DNA from: an uncultured Bacteroidota bacterium | GTDB taxonomy: Bacteria > Bacteroidota > Ignavibacteria > UBA10030 | Reading direction: 5' to 3' | DNA: 64,000 bases | Assembly (NCBI GenBank): GCA_963739335.1 | Contig: CAVUAC010000088.1 | Span: forward strand, 4,988-68,987 | Shown here: positions 1 through 10,178 of the stretch, one piece after another | Layout: each line of letters starts with the position of its first letter | How positions within the stretch are numbered: the stretch's first letter is position 1 | The notes under the pieces: generated by a model | Seen by the model: the letters and a program-made list of their open reading frames with translations, nothing else | Database searches by the model: none | What the model was told of the DNA's origin: nothing | Position numbers and translations under genes: made by a program

Positions 1-1262
1 TCTGCGTCAGCGGAAGCGCCTGTCCGCTTCACGGTCTTGTTCTCGACCTTCACGGATGAGCCGTTCTCCAGATCGCGGTTAATGGCTTTGAACGATCCAG
101 AGACAACCTCGGCTCCCTCGATATTCTCACCCTTCACCTCGACGTAGGTATCATCGCTCAAGCCGCGCTTGACCGGCACGGTATTCACTTTGCCATCTTT
201 CACAACGAAAATGACTTCTTCAAGTTTTTCTTCTTCCTTCTTCTTCGCCTTGTTGACGTCCAGCCTTGCCTCCCCTTCCGACGGCGCCTCCACCTTCTTC
301 TCTTCTTTTGGCATCCTGACAGTCACCGATTGGATGGGTACTGCCAATACGTTGCGATGCGTTTCAGTCTCAATGTCGGCGGCCATGGACATGCCCGGCC
401 GGAAGTTCACGCCTTCGGGTGTCTTCACAAGGATCCTGACCTGGAAGTTGGTCACCTCATCCTGGGTTCCGAGGCCGCGAGATGTCGCTGTGTTGGCGAT
501 CTGCGTCACGGTCCCGATGAATTTTCGATCCGGATACGAATCCACATCGATTTTGGCTGTGTCGCCCAACGCCACGAGAACGACGTCGTTCTCACCGACA
601 TCGACCCGGGCTTCCATTCGGGAGAGATCTGCGATCGTCATGATTTCCGTCCCTTGTGTGAACGTGCTACCGCTTACCCGCTCACCAAGTTCAGAATTTA
701 GCTGGCTTACGACTCCATCCATGGGAGCGTAAATGGTCGCTTTGGAGAAGGTATCTTTGGCTTGTTTGAGAGAGGCTGCGGCCTGGTCATTTCCAGCTCT
801 CGCACTCTCGTAGTTGGCTTTCGAGAGTTCCAGATCCGCGTCCGAGATGAGCTTCTTCCCATAGAGCTCCTGCGAGCGCTTGTAGTCCGCATCAGCCTTC
901 CGGAGATTTGCCTCGCTCATGTTCATTTGAGCTTGCGCTTGCTCAACTCCGGCCTGGTACGCATCCGGCTTGATCTTCACGAGTAGCTGCCCCTTGCTCA
1001 CCCGCTGACCTTCACGTACCGGCAGACCGATGATCTCTCCAGACACCTCAGCATTGATCTTGACTTTGACCTCCGGCTGGATTTTTCCAGTCGCGGAGAC
1101 TATTTGTGTGATCGTGCGTCGCTGGATCTTCTCCGTTTGAATGGTGAAGACCGTTTCCTTCTTGCTCCCGAGAATAACGAGCAAGACAAGCACGACCAGC
1201 ACAACGCCAATGATGGAGAATATGATGATCTTCTTTTTCGACTTCTTTCCGTTCGTAGCCAT
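1..1262 (-). CDS. Efflux periplasmic adaptor (MacA/HlyD-family membrane fusion protein), partial: runs off window start
   Basis: Not in ORF track because no stop is in the window. My translation from ATG 1262: MATNGKKSKKKIIIFSIIG..VSATGKIQPEVKVKINAEVSGEI..V.KGQLL..TIYAPMDGVV..FRPGMS. This gives an N-terminal TM anchor, lipoyl halves and hairpin; downstream of tolC. Confidence 0.9.
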   Translation of the reverse strand, partial: MATNGKKSKKKIIIFSIIGVVLVVLVLLVILGSKKETVFTIQTEKIQRRTITQIVSATGKIQPEVKVKINAEVSGEIIGLPVREGQRVSKGQLLVKIKPDAYQAGVEQAQAQMNMSEANLRKADADYKRSQELYGKKLISDADLELSKANYESARAGNDQAAASLKQAKDTFSKATIYAPMDGVVSQLNSELGERVSGSTFTQGTEIMTIADLSRMEARVDVGENDVVLVALGDTAKIDVDSYPDRKFIGTVTQIANTATSRGLGTQDEVTNFQVRILVKTPEGVNFRPGMSMAADIETETHRNVLAVPIQSVTVRMPKEEKKVEAPSEGEARLDVNKAKKKEEEKLEEVIFVVKDGKVNTVPVKRGLSDDTYVEVKGENIEGAEVVSGSFKAINRDLENGSSVKVENKTVKRTGASADA

Positions 1263-1313
1263 AAGGAAAAACTCCTCTTAAGAAATTGGAAGTACCCCTC
1301 TCTCTTTTCTCCC

Positions 1314-2672
1314 CTAGTATTTTTTTTCGCCTATCACATAATCGAAGTTCAAACTGGCAGTAATGTAGTTGTAGGTTGCATTGACCTTGCTCACCTGTGC
1401 GTTGACCAGACCAGCGTTCGCTGTGAGGAGGTCGACGAGCGTACCTGAACCCAGATTGTATCGCTCCTCGGCAACCCTCCGATCCTGAGTCGCCGAAACC
1501 ACACCCTTCAAGCTTGCATCATACTGCTTCTTCGCAGCATCAAAATCCAGCATGGCCTTCTTCACATCCACGTTGATACTTCTCTCGGTCTGGAGGACTG
1601 AGAGCTCGGCATTTCTTCGTTGAGCAACCGCAGATTGAATGGCTTGGTTCGTTGCGAAGCCGTCGAAGAGGGTCCACCGAATGCTAAGCCCCCAGCTGAC
1701 CCCTTTGCTGTCTGTCAGCCTTGAGATGTCCGTGTTCGAAAGAGAGTAACCGGCGAAGGCCGAAACGCTTGGGTAATAGCTACTCAACGCAGCAGTCACG
1801 CCAGACTGCGCCGCATTGAAGCTCTCTTTTGCGCTGATATAGTCAGGGCGGGCTGCAAGAGCTCGTTGAGTCATATCCTGAAAACTCTTGACTTTTATAC
1901 TCATCGCATCCATATCGGCCTGCGTAAGTTCAATCGGCACCGTTGGGTCTGCAATCTGATACGCTGCTGAGACATCCAAGCCAATGAGTGACACAAGATC
2001 AGCAACGGACTTGTCGTATGTATTCTGAGCTGAGATCAAACTGACTTCATCTTGCGACACAAGTGATTGCTGGCGATAGACGTCACCGATAGCTAGAGAA
2101 CCGACGCGGTTTGATTCCGTAATCCTCTCAAGCTGTTTTTGATCCCGACCGAGATTCTCCTGGGCGACCTTCACCAACTGTTCGTTCCGTAGGACGGCGA
2201 GGTAAGCGCCCTGGACTTGAAAAACAATCTGCTGAGATGTTCGAAGGGCCATGTTATCGGTGGCAATCGCATTTGATGAAGCCCGGTTGAAGTTGGCCTC
2301 ACGGGAGAAGCCATTGAAGATCGTGTACCCAAGTGAAAGGCTAGTGTTGAAGTTGTTCGTGGTCGAAGAGGACGCCGGAAGCAGGAAGGGCTGTCCCCCA
2401 ATGAGCTGGGTGGTTGCAACCCGATCAGTCTGCTGGCGGGTCCATCCACCGCTCACTGATGCCGAAGGCAGATATGAACCATACGCAGCCAGTACGCCGC
2501 TCTGGGCTGCATTGACATTGTTGTACGCCTGACGAACAGTTACGTTCTGTTCGAGTGCCACGGTGACCGCCTTGTCGAGCGTTAGCACTTTGGCTTGTGG
2601 GGCTGTGACTTGTGCAAGCGCGACGCTTGCGAATGTGACTCCAATGACGAGGAGCAAGGCCAACTTCTTCAT
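1314..2672 (-). CDS. TolC-family outer membrane efflux protein
   Basis: Signal peptide MKKLALLL (GGAGA RBS), LTLDKAV..AL, ARPDY, two OEP repeats, ERYNLGSGTLVDLLTA. Confidence 0.92.
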   Translation of the reverse strand: MKKLALLLVIGVTFASVALAQVTAPQAKVLTLDKAVTVALEQNVTVRQAYNNVNAAQSGVLAAYGSYLPSASVSGGWTRQQTDRVATTQLIGGQPFLLPASSSTTNNFNTSLSLGYTIFNGFSREANFNRASSNAIATDNMALRTSQQIVFQVQGAYLAVLRNEQLVKVAQENLGRDQKQLERITESNRVGSLAIGDVYRQQSLVSQDEVSLISAQNTYDKSVADLVSLIGLDVSAAYQIADPTVPIELTQADMDAMSIKVKSFQDMTQRALAARPDYISAKESFNAAQSGVTAALSSYYPSVSAFAGYSLSNTDISRLTDSKGVSWGLSIRWTLFDGFATNQAIQSAVAQRRNAELSVLQTERSINVDVKKAMLDFDAAKKQYDASLKGVVSATQDRRVAEERYNLGSGTLVDLLTANAGLVNAQVSKVNATYNYITASLNFDYVIGEKKY

Positions 2673-2741
2673 AGACAAATCTCCAGATATGGTGGGAAGA
2701 CTGAAAGTGGCACAGTTGGTTTTTGTGGACACGCTATGTTA

Positions 2742-2768
2742 TAGACGGCAGAACTTGCCCAAAGTTTC
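2742..2768 (-). promoter_or_regulatory. Candidate ECF-sigma promoter (GAAAC-N16-CGTCTA) upstream of tolC-MFP
   Basis: Minus strand reads GAAAC tttgggcaagttctgc CGTCTA about 70 nt upstream of the tolC start. Confidence 0.45.
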
Positions 2769-2895
2769 GAAAATCATTGGCTTTTCGAGAGATTTCGGAT
2801 TTCCTCTACGAAGATAGCGACAAGAAACAAACCTCAAAAAGGTCTCGAAAACTGCAGCGAAAGAGGGGAAAATCCTCCTACAATTGCTGAGGGAC

Positions 2896-4323
2896 CTAGA
2901 ATGAACCTCCCATTACTCGATCTTTGATCTCCAAAAGATATGCCAGTGCGGCATCGTGCTCGTTGGGGATGAGACCATCCAGAATAGCATCTGTAATTGC
3001 GGTTTTCAACTTGCCGACAAGCGGACCGGGTCCCAGACCGCATACCTTCATGATTTCTTCGCCCTTGACCGGAGGCTGCCAGTTGCGAATCCGATCCCTC
3101 TCTTCAACCTCCCCCATCTTCTGAACGACGAGGTCATAGTTCTTCTTCACCTGCTCAACCAACCTTGGATTCTTCGAAGTGATATCTGCCCGACACAGAG
3201 CCATCAGGTCATCGACGTCGTCACCCGCTTCGAACAAAAGCCTGCGGACCGCAGAGTCCGTCACACCCTCGTCCACGAGCGCCATCGGGCGAAGATGCAG
3301 ACGAACAATCTTCTCCACGTATGGTAGAGCGTCGAACGGGAACCGCATCTTTCGAAAGATCGGTTTCACCATCCTCGCTCCGACCTCTTCGTGCCCGTGA
3401 AACGTCCAGCCAGCACCTTCAACGAACGCCTTTGTGCGCGGCTTCGCAATGTCATGCAGCAGCGCGGCGAGACGCAGCCAGACGTTCTGCGAAGCCTCTG
3501 CCACGTTGTCGACAACTCTCAGCGTATGCTGGAAAACATCTTTGTGATGATACTCAAGCCGTTGCTCGACCCCACCCATTTGAGCCACTTCGGGGAAGAC
3601 GACTTTCATCACCCCCGCCTCATGCATCAACTGCAGACCGACGGACGGTTTTTGGCAAGAGAGTATCTTCGTGAATTCATCGGTGATCCTCTCCTGTGAA
3701 ACGATTCTGAGCCGAGGAGCCATCTTCTTCGCGGCTTCCAGGACAGACGGCTCTATTGAAAACCCAAGCTGTGATGCGAAACGAAACGCACGCATAATCC
3801 GAAGTGGGTCATCATCGAACGTCGCCTCAGGATCGAGGGGAGTTCGCAGAATCTTCTCGCGCATTGCACGCCGGCCATCAAAAGGATCCAGGAGACGACC
3901 GAAATCGGCTCGACTCAGCGAGACAGCCATTGCATTGACAGTGAAATCTCGACGCGAAAGATCATCGTCGAGCGTCCCAACTTCCACTTTCGGTTTGCGG
4001 GAGAACTTGCTGTAGCTTTCTTTTCTCGCGCCAACAAACTCGAGCTTACAGTCATCGAGCTGCAGCATCGCCGTGCCGAAATTCTCAAACACAACGAGAT
4101 TCGTCCTGCCGAGCGCCTGTGCGACCTGTTGGCCGAATGTCACACCCTGGCCAACGACAACGATATCGATGTCTTTCACCTGCTTCCCCAGGAGGAGGTC
4201 GCGCACGAATCCTCCGACGACAAACGCGGATATCGAAAGACGGTCAGCGATCTCGCCAATCTGCTTGAGCAGCGGTTCCTGTATGTCCAGATGTTCCGAC
4301 ACGGAGCTACCAGATAAGTTCAT
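2896..4323 (-). CDS. cca: CCA-adding tRNA nucleotidyltransferase / poly(A) polymerase family with HD domain
   Basis: VGGFVRDLLL..DID, RRDFTVNAMA, DDPLRIMRAFRF, ERI..E, LLHDIAKP. Confidence 0.9.
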   Translation of the reverse strand: MNLSGSSVSEHLDIQEPLLKQIGEIADRLSISAFVVGGFVRDLLLGKQVKDIDIVVVGQGVTFGQQVAQALGRTNLVVFENFGTAMLQLDDCKLEFVGARKESYSKFSRKPKVEVGTLDDDLSRRDFTVNAMAVSLSRADFGRLLDPFDGRRAMREKILRTPLDPEATFDDDPLRIMRAFRFASQLGFSIEPSVLEAAKKMAPRLRIVSQERITDEFTKILSCQKPSVGLQLMHEAGVMKVVFPEVAQMGGVEQRLEYHHKDVFQHTLRVVDNVAEASQNVWLRLAALLHDIAKPRTKAFVEGAGWTFHGHEEVGARMVKPIFRKMRFPFDALPYVEKIVRLHLRPMALVDEGVTDSAVRRLLFEAGDDVDDLMALCRADITSKNPRLVEQVKKNYDLVVQKMGEVEERDRIRNWQPPVKGEEIMKVCGLGPGPLVGKLKTAITDAILDGLIPNEHDAALAYLLEIKDRVMGGSF

Positions 4324-5327
4324 CGACTGTTTTTCAACAAGCGCGAGGTGTTCTCCGATATCATTCGCAGAATTTCCTGCGCGACCTCCAGCGCCTGCAA
4401 TCCATCGCGGCCGGTCACAGGAGGCTCTGTTCCCTCTTGGATGGCTCTGACGAAGAGCTCCAATTCATACTTGAGTGCATTCACCTTTTTGACCTCGGGC
4501 TGCTCGTAGACAATCAAGCGCTTCTTCAGGCCTTGATCGATCTTCCCCAGCAGCATCGTCGGTTTGATATTGGGATCACCTTCATCGACCAGACGGAAGA
4601 CCTCCGCGAGCCCCTGCGAGAAATCAATCGAGATGTACGCGTCATTCTGGAAAAGGCGCATTTTTCGCATCTTGTTCTGCGAGATGCGGCTCGCAGTGAC
4701 ATTCGCAACGCAGCCATTTTCAAACTGCAATCGCGCGTTCGCAATATCCTCACTGCCCGAGACTACAGCGACGCCGTTAGCATCAACGCGGACGACGGGT
4801 GACCGAACGAGGCTGAGGATCAGGTCGATATCATGGATCATGAGATCGAGCACCACTGCGACATCGGAACCGCGCGGATTGAACTGGGCCAGCCGGTGCG
4901 ATTCAATGAAGAGCGGCCGAATCTTGTACTGCTCGAGCGCAAGGATTGCCGGATTGAAACGTTCGATATGTCCAACCTGCAGCGCAAGTTTCTTGGAGCC
5001 CGCCGTCGCGACGAGTGACTTCGCCTGTTCGATGGTTTCAGTAATGGGCTTTTCAATGAACGTATGGAGGCCGCGGTCCAACGCTTCAGAAGCAACTTCA
5101 TAGTGCGCTTTCGTCGTGGTCGCAATGCTGACAGCCTGGACTTGGTCGAGAAGCTGGCCAAGATCCCCGAACGCCCGAGTGCCGTATTCCGCCGCAACGT
5201 CCCCAGCCTTGGCCGTGTCCGCGTCATACACGCCGACGAGTTCGACCGTCGGTAATTGAGCAAACATCTTGGTGTGGAGATTGCCGAGATGCCCCGTCCC
5301 AACAACTCCTACTTTCACTTTTCCCAT
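4320..5327 (-). CDS. Gfo/Idh/MocA NAD(P)-dependent oxidoreductase (GnnA-like)
   Basis: GVVGTGHLG, EKP, GHIERFNP, DLMIHDID, TASR motifs. Confidence 0.88.
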   Translation of the reverse strand: MGKVKVGVVGTGHLGNLHTKMFAQLPTVELVGVYDADTAKAGDVAAEYGTRAFGDLGQLLDQVQAVSIATTTKAHYEVASEALDRGLHTFIEKPITETIEQAKSLVATAGSKKLALQVGHIERFNPAILALEQYKIRPLFIESHRLAQFNPRGSDVAVVLDLMIHDIDLILSLVRSPVVRVDANGVAVVSGSEDIANARLQFENGCVANVTASRISQNKMRKMRLFQNDAYISIDFSQGLAEVFRLVDEGDPNIKPTMLLGKIDQGLKKRLIVYEQPEVKKVNALKYELELFVRAIQEGTEPPVTGRDGLQALEVAQEILRMISENTSRLLKNSR

Positions 5328-5352
5328 AGTCCATCCGCTTTCGTTTTCAACG

Positions 5353-6594
5353 CTAGTCTGACGTGGGTTCATTCCCACCACGGCTCAACCGCTGGACAAA
5401 CCCAATAATGCGGTCGAAGCCACCGTAGCGTGTATCGTGATAGTAGACGAAGGCCGAGAAAACACTGACGGTCCGCCAGTCATTCCCTTCCACCGCGATC
5501 CAGTCATTCGGTCCAACGACGTACTGGTAATCATAGACTCCGCGCCGTAGCAAGGTGAGCCAGACATAGCGCTGTGAATCCTCGTCGTAAGTCATCGCGC
5601 AATTGCTCGATGGCACCCACCCGTTGAAATCGCCGACCACGAAAACCGATTCATACTGGCGACTGTCCGAGGCGAATTCGAATCTATATGGAACGTAGTC
5701 TGCATATCGGCTTCCAACGGTCAGCGAAGAGACGCCGTTGTTATCTCCTCTGGGAGGTGCGAGGAAACGGCTCACATCGGCCCCCTGGCGCGCCCGCAAC
5801 TCCTGGCCGGGGGGATAATCGGTCACATTGCGCAAATCGAGTCGCCGATAGTCGTTTCCCGGCAGGACGTTATCGACGACAAATTTCATCTTTGTGGTTC
5901 CGAATCCATCGACAGACGTATTCGGGCCCAGGTTGTCCGTGTCGATGCGCCATGGATCGTGCAGTTGGCGATTCTTGTAGGCATCGACGACTTTGAGATC
6001 AATCGGATAGATTGTCTCCCCCATCACGGCCTCGGCCTTAGGCAGCAAGAAACCGACCTCGACCTTGTTCACCTGATTGTATGGGTTCACTTCTGAAGGG
6101 AGGGAACGATTGCTGATTTTCATTGAAGGAGCGATGATGTTCTCCACGACGAACAACCTGCCCCGGGCAAGTACATTCCTCCAGTCCTCATCAAGAATTT
6201 CAAAAACATAGTTCCCCGACTCCTGGAAACGATCGATCCCGGCGATTCCGGGTATCCGGACCGTATAGTGATACCGATAGAATTGCACGCCAGCAGGTGC
6301 GACTTCATACGACAATGGAGCTTTTGATTTGTTCTGCGTGTCGTCATTGATGAAGAGTGACTGCGTTGCGTTCCAATCACGGTCGCAATGGACAACGCGG
6401 ATGTGAATATCCGGAGGTCCCGACTCGTCGACATCGAATTCAATCGTGATCGGGCACGACTGAAGATTCGCCACTGGGACCCCCGCCTCCGCTGATCCGT
6501 ACACGCGCAACCCTTTGATCCTATCAGTCATAATCTCCTGTGCGGAGAGCATCCGGGCCAGAAGAAGCAATCCCAAAAGCGTCCGTGTGATCAC
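5353..6594 (-). CDS. DUF5103 / T9SS plug-like exported protein
   Basis: Signal peptide, IEFD..HCDRDW, Y.HY, SGNY, GNDYR.LD, VVGDFNGW, G.YDYQY pattern recalled for DUF5103. Confidence 0.7.
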   Translation of the reverse strand: MITRTLLGLLLLARMLSAQEIMTDRIKGLRVYGSAEAGVPVANLQSCPITIEFDVDESGPPDIHIRVVHCDRDWNATQSLFINDDTQNKSKAPLSYEVAPAGVQFYRYHYTVRIPGIAGIDRFQESGNYVFEILDEDWRNVLARGRLFVVENIIAPSMKISNRSLPSEVNPYNQVNKVEVGFLLPKAEAVMGETIYPIDLKVVDAYKNRQLHDPWRIDTDNLGPNTSVDGFGTTKMKFVVDNVLPGNDYRRLDLRNVTDYPPGQELRARQGADVSRFLAPPRGDNNGVSSLTVGSRYADYVPYRFEFASDSRQYESVFVVGDFNGWVPSSNCAMTYDEDSQRYVWLTLLRRGVYDYQYVVGPNDWIAVEGNDWRTVSVFSAFVYYHDTRYGGFDRIIGFVQRLSRGGNEPTSD

Positions 6595-8093
6595 TTCATC
6601 ACCCTGTAAAGTGTGTAGTATGTCAGCTCAGGCTTTGTTAGCCCAAGTCCGGAGAACGTTCGCGTCATCACAGGTTTGAGGTTCTCCGATGTCAATCGCT
6701 CGGGAGTTGGCGAACGGTCGACGATGTAGTCAGGATGAAGCACCTTTTCATATTTCTTCCGTGCCATCGCATCATCATAACTCATCCCTTGAAAGGCTTC
6801 TTTGATCTCGGGGGTCACCAGCCCGCCGGTGTCGTAGATCGTTTTCTCCGACACGTACCCAATGATGCCAATATCGGGCGTCAACACCGTGGCTCCAGCG
6901 GGTGAATTCGATCGCAGCCAGTACGCAATGGGCTTCAGGCACTCATTCATGCCGAGCTCAACGTTCTCCATGTGCGGGAGAACCCATATGTGGTACAGAT
7001 ACTGGTTCTGTGCGAGCGACAAGCCCGCGACAATCAGGAGAATGAAAAAACCACGCCGAGGTGTGATCACCGACGCCACCTCGAGCCGCTTGATACTCCA
7101 GGCCCCATACACGACCACGACTGGCAGTACCAGCAATACGAATCTCGATGCGACCTGGACACTCATCAGCGCCGAGAAAAGAAGGAACGCGAGAAGCCAC
7201 AGAAGCGGGAATCCTTCTTCCTTCACGATCCTCCATCCAAACTTCTTGACTGTAACAATCGTGCCAACAATCAGGCACATGACCGGAAGCAACTGGGTCG
7301 AGCCGATGATCTTGAGGTTTGACAACGTCGTTTCCCAGAACACGGCAAGGGAAAAACCAGCGCCGGTATGGGCTTGGAGAACGTTCGGGATGATCGTCCC
7401 GAACTGCACATATGCGAAAACAAGCCACGACCCAAGCACAAGACCATAGAGAACGACTGAGCCGGCGATTGTCCTCCAAAGAACCGTCCGATGTCGTGCA
7501 TTGAGGATGGCATCGACGAGTCCTGCTACAAAAAGGAGAACACCCTCGGGCCGGACGAGCGTCAAGAGGCCGGCGACCAGCGCAGCAGTGAGGTACTCTT
7601 TCCGGTATGCATACCACAGCGTCAACATCGCGAGAAGAAGGGCCAGGGAAACCTCCATCCCAGAACCCGACCACCGCAGAAAAAAGGCATCGAACGAAAA
7701 CATCCAGGCCGCCACGATCGCATAGAGGCGATCACGGATGACCACAAAAGCAAAGGCAAGTACCGCTATGAGCGACAAGCTCGCGAAAACAATGTCGAGG
7801 GTTTTTGCTACAATGTATGGATCGAGGCTCAGCTTCGTACCGGCCGCAATGAGAAACCCCCAGAGGGGGCCCGTCATGCCGTAACTCGGTGTGCCAGCAT
7901 TGAAGGAGATCCCTTCTCCCCGAGCGATGTTTCTCCCATATTGAAGATAGATATAGGTGTCGTCCGGCGTGTAGTGGAAGTGAAGGCTCGCCGTAACGTA
8001 GAACACGACGACGATCACACCAATGCCATACTGCAACACCAACCTCCACCAAAACAGCCGGCGTTGCAGCTGCCGCTCCTGATCTTCAGTCAA
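6591..8093 (-). CDS. GT-C fold (ArnT/PMT-like) membrane glycosyltransferase
   Basis: DDTYIYLQYGRNIA after first TM, SGME, RPEG, many TM helices. Confidence 0.75.
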   Translation of the reverse strand: MTEDQERQLQRRLFWWRLVLQYGIGVIVVVFYVTASLHFHYTPDDTYIYLQYGRNIARGEGISFNAGTPSYGMTGPLWGFLIAAGTKLSLDPYIVAKTLDIVFASLSLIAVLAFAFVVIRDRLYAIVAAWMFSFDAFFLRWSGSGMEVSLALLLAMLTLWYAYRKEYLTAALVAGLLTLVRPEGVLLFVAGLVDAILNARHRTVLWRTIAGSVVLYGLVLGSWLVFAYVQFGTIIPNVLQAHTGAGFSLAVFWETTLSNLKIIGSTQLLPVMCLIVGTIVTVKKFGWRIVKEEGFPLLWLLAFLLFSALMSVQVASRFVLLVLPVVVVYGAWSIKRLEVASVITPRRGFFILLIVAGLSLAQNQYLYHIWVLPHMENVELGMNECLKPIAYWLRSNSPAGATVLTPDIGIIGYVSEKTIYDTGGLVTPEIKEAFQGMSYDDAMARKKYEKVLHPDYIVDRSPTPERLTSENLKPVMTRTFSGLGLTKPELTYYTLYRVMK

Positions 8094-8748
8094 ACTGCCT
8101 CCTCAACCACACGAAGAATTCATCAACATTATGGAAGACAAAGTCTGTTTTCATCCGGAGGACCTTCTTTTTCGCGTAGGAATCCCACAACACGGCGGCA
8201 ATCCTGATACCCGCTTCGAGCGAGGCCTTTACATCTCCAACCGAGTCCCCAACCATCAGCACTTCGCGTTTTCGCACGGAGAAGTACTTCATGATTTTCA
8301 GAATGCCCTCGGCCGATGGCTTGTAGTTCTCGACGTCATTGCCTGTGACAACAAACTCGAAGTACGGCATCAAGCCAAACGACTGCATGGTAATTGTCGT
8401 GGTGCAAATACCTTTGCCAGTGAAGACTGCAAGATGGATGCCGCGACGCTTCAAATACTTGAGCACACCCAGAATACCGGGGTAGAGTTGGGCCAAGTCC
8501 TTGTGATGGGCACGATAGTATTTGAGATACTCCCGCATGGCACCTTCGAGCTTTTCCTCGCCGACGATCTCGGCCAGAGCCCCCTCTTCCGGCGGGCCGA
8601 ACATCGCGGTGATTTCCTCATCCGTATAGGATCTTCCCTCGTACTTCGCCGCGATGTGATTGAATGAATCAAAGATCAGCTGGTTCGTCTTCGTAAGGGT
8701 GCCATCCATGTCGAAGATGATGCACTTCAACTTGCTCTTTTTCGCCAT
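8086..8748 (-). CDS. HAD-superfamily phosphatase (PpaX/Gph-like)
   Basis: IFDMDGTL, FTGK, KP, MVGDS..D. Confidence 0.88.
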   Translation of the reverse strand: MAKKSKLKCIIFDMDGTLTKTNQLIFDSFNHIAAKYEGRSYTDEEITAMFGPPEEGALAEIVGEEKLEGAMREYLKYYRAHHKDLAQLYPGILGVLKYLKRRGIHLAVFTGKGICTTTITMQSFGLMPYFEFVVTGNDVENYKPSAEGILKIMKYFSVRKREVLMVGDSVGDVKASLEAGIRIAAVLWDSYAKKKVLRMKTDFVFHNVDEFFVWLRRQFD

Positions 8749-8939
8749 TCCTACTTCCCTACGGCATGAGAGTGGAAATGAGATTGCGCTGGCTGAAGAA
8801 CCCGGCCGAAGAACTATGAAAATGCGAAAGGCGCCAAGCACGACTCCGTATGAATTCCCAACGGAGGGATTGACGCCTCGCGATTTCGGTCCAGCGTGAT
8901 GCCTTCACTCCCGTGAAGAAACCTGGCGAGAAGAACCCG

Positions 8940-9989
8940 TCAAGCGATCGTCACGTCCTTGGAGAGATAGACATCCTGTATCGCGTTCAGGATCTGCACT
9001 CCGTCGTGCATGGGCTTCTGGAAGGCCTTGCGACCGCTGATGAGCCCCATGCCCCCCGCACGCTTGTTGATCACCGCAGTCTTCACCGCCTCTGCGATGT
9101 CATTTGCACCTGATGGACCTCCGGAGTTGATCAAGCCAATCCTGCCCATGTAGCAATTCGCAACCTGATAACGTATCAGATCAATCGGATGATCGCTCGT
9201 CAGCTGTTCGTACACCTTCTTGTGCGTCTTTCCGAAATTCAGGGCGGTGTATCCGCCATTGTTTTCAGGCATCTTCTGTTTGATGATGTCCGCCTCGATC
9301 GTCACCCCCAGGTGGTTCGCCTGGCCGGTGAGATCGGCAGAAACGTGATAGTCTTTCTCCTTGGTCTTGAACGCCGCGTTGCGAGTGTAGCACCACAGGA
9401 TCGTTGCCAAGCCGAGCTCATGAGCCTGTTGAAATGCCTGACTGACCTCCCAGATCTGGCGGCGGGATTCCGGGGAACCGAAGTACACGGTCGCCCCAAC
9501 GGCCGTCGCCCCCATATCGAACGCCTGCTTGACGCTGGCAAACATCGATTGATCGTACGTGTTCGGATACGAGAGAAACTCATTGTGATTGAACTTCAGG
9601 ATGAACGGTATTCTGTGCGCATATTTTCTTGCGACGGAACCGAGCACACCGAGCGTCGATGCCACTGCATTGCAGCCCCCTTCGAGGGCCAGCTTCACAA
9701 TGTTCTCGGGATCGAAATACTCAGGATTTGGAGCGAACGACGCTCCAGCAGAGTGTTCTATTCCCTGGTCGACCGGCAAGATTGACACGTAGCCGGTTCC
9801 TGCGAGACGACCATGATTGAACAGCGCCTGCATGCTTCGAAGAACCTGCGGTGTCCGGTCAGACTGCACAAACGTGCGATCGACGAAGTCCGGACCAGGC
9901 AGGTGCAGCGACTCCTTCGGAATCGTCTTGCACCGATGTTCGAGCAGACTCTTCGCTTCGTTTCCAAGCAACTCTTGTATAATGATCAC
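8940..9989 (-). CDS. fbaB: Class I fructose-bisphosphate aldolase
   Basis: [38 protein letters not shown]; GTG start inferred from GGGAG RBS. Confidence 0.95.
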   Translation of the reverse strand: MIIIQELLGNEAKSLLEHRCKTIPKESLHLPGPDFVDRTFVQSDRTPQVLRSMQALFNHGRLAGTGYVSILPVDQGIEHSAGASFAPNPEYFDPENIVKLALEGGCNAVASTLGVLGSVARKYAHRIPFILKFNHNEFLSYPNTYDQSMFASVKQAFDMGATAVGATVYFGSPESRRQIWEVSQAFQQAHELGLATILWCYTRNAAFKTKEKDYHVSADLTGQANHLGVTIEADIIKQKMPENNGGYTALNFGKTHKKVYEQLTSDHPIDLIRYQVANCYMGRIGLINSGGPSGANDIAEAVKTAVINKRAGGMGLISGRKAFQKPMHDGVQILNAIQDVYLSKDVTIA

Positions 9990-10035
9990 CCGACGCTCCC
10001 ATTTATTTCTGCGATGCACTCACTACTTCGCCTTC

Positions 10036-10064
10036 AATATACCAAACCTTTGAGTGTCTTGCAA
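10036..10064 (-). promoter_or_regulatory. Sigma70-type promoter for fbaB operon
   Basis: TTGCAA-N17-TATATT on minus strand. Confidence 0.55.
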
Positions 10065-10143
10065 TAACGACGACAGCGAGCAGATCGCACGTAGATCTGG
10101 TTCTGCACTGAATGGATGCCGATGCGGACCACTGAGGAGCGAA

Positions 10144-10172
10144 TTGCTTCTCGCTCCAATTCTCTCTACTTT
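10144..10172 (+). promoter_or_regulatory. Sigma70-type promoter for rlmI-like gene
   Basis: TTGCTT-N17-TACTTT, ending 6 nt before GTG 10179. Confidence 0.45.
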
Positions 10173-10178
10173 GCTGAC

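Noticed and set aside
8749-8939. ncRNA between fbaB and the HAD gene
   Set aside because: Only short weak hairpins; no tRNA, SRP, 6S or tmRNA hallmarks recognised
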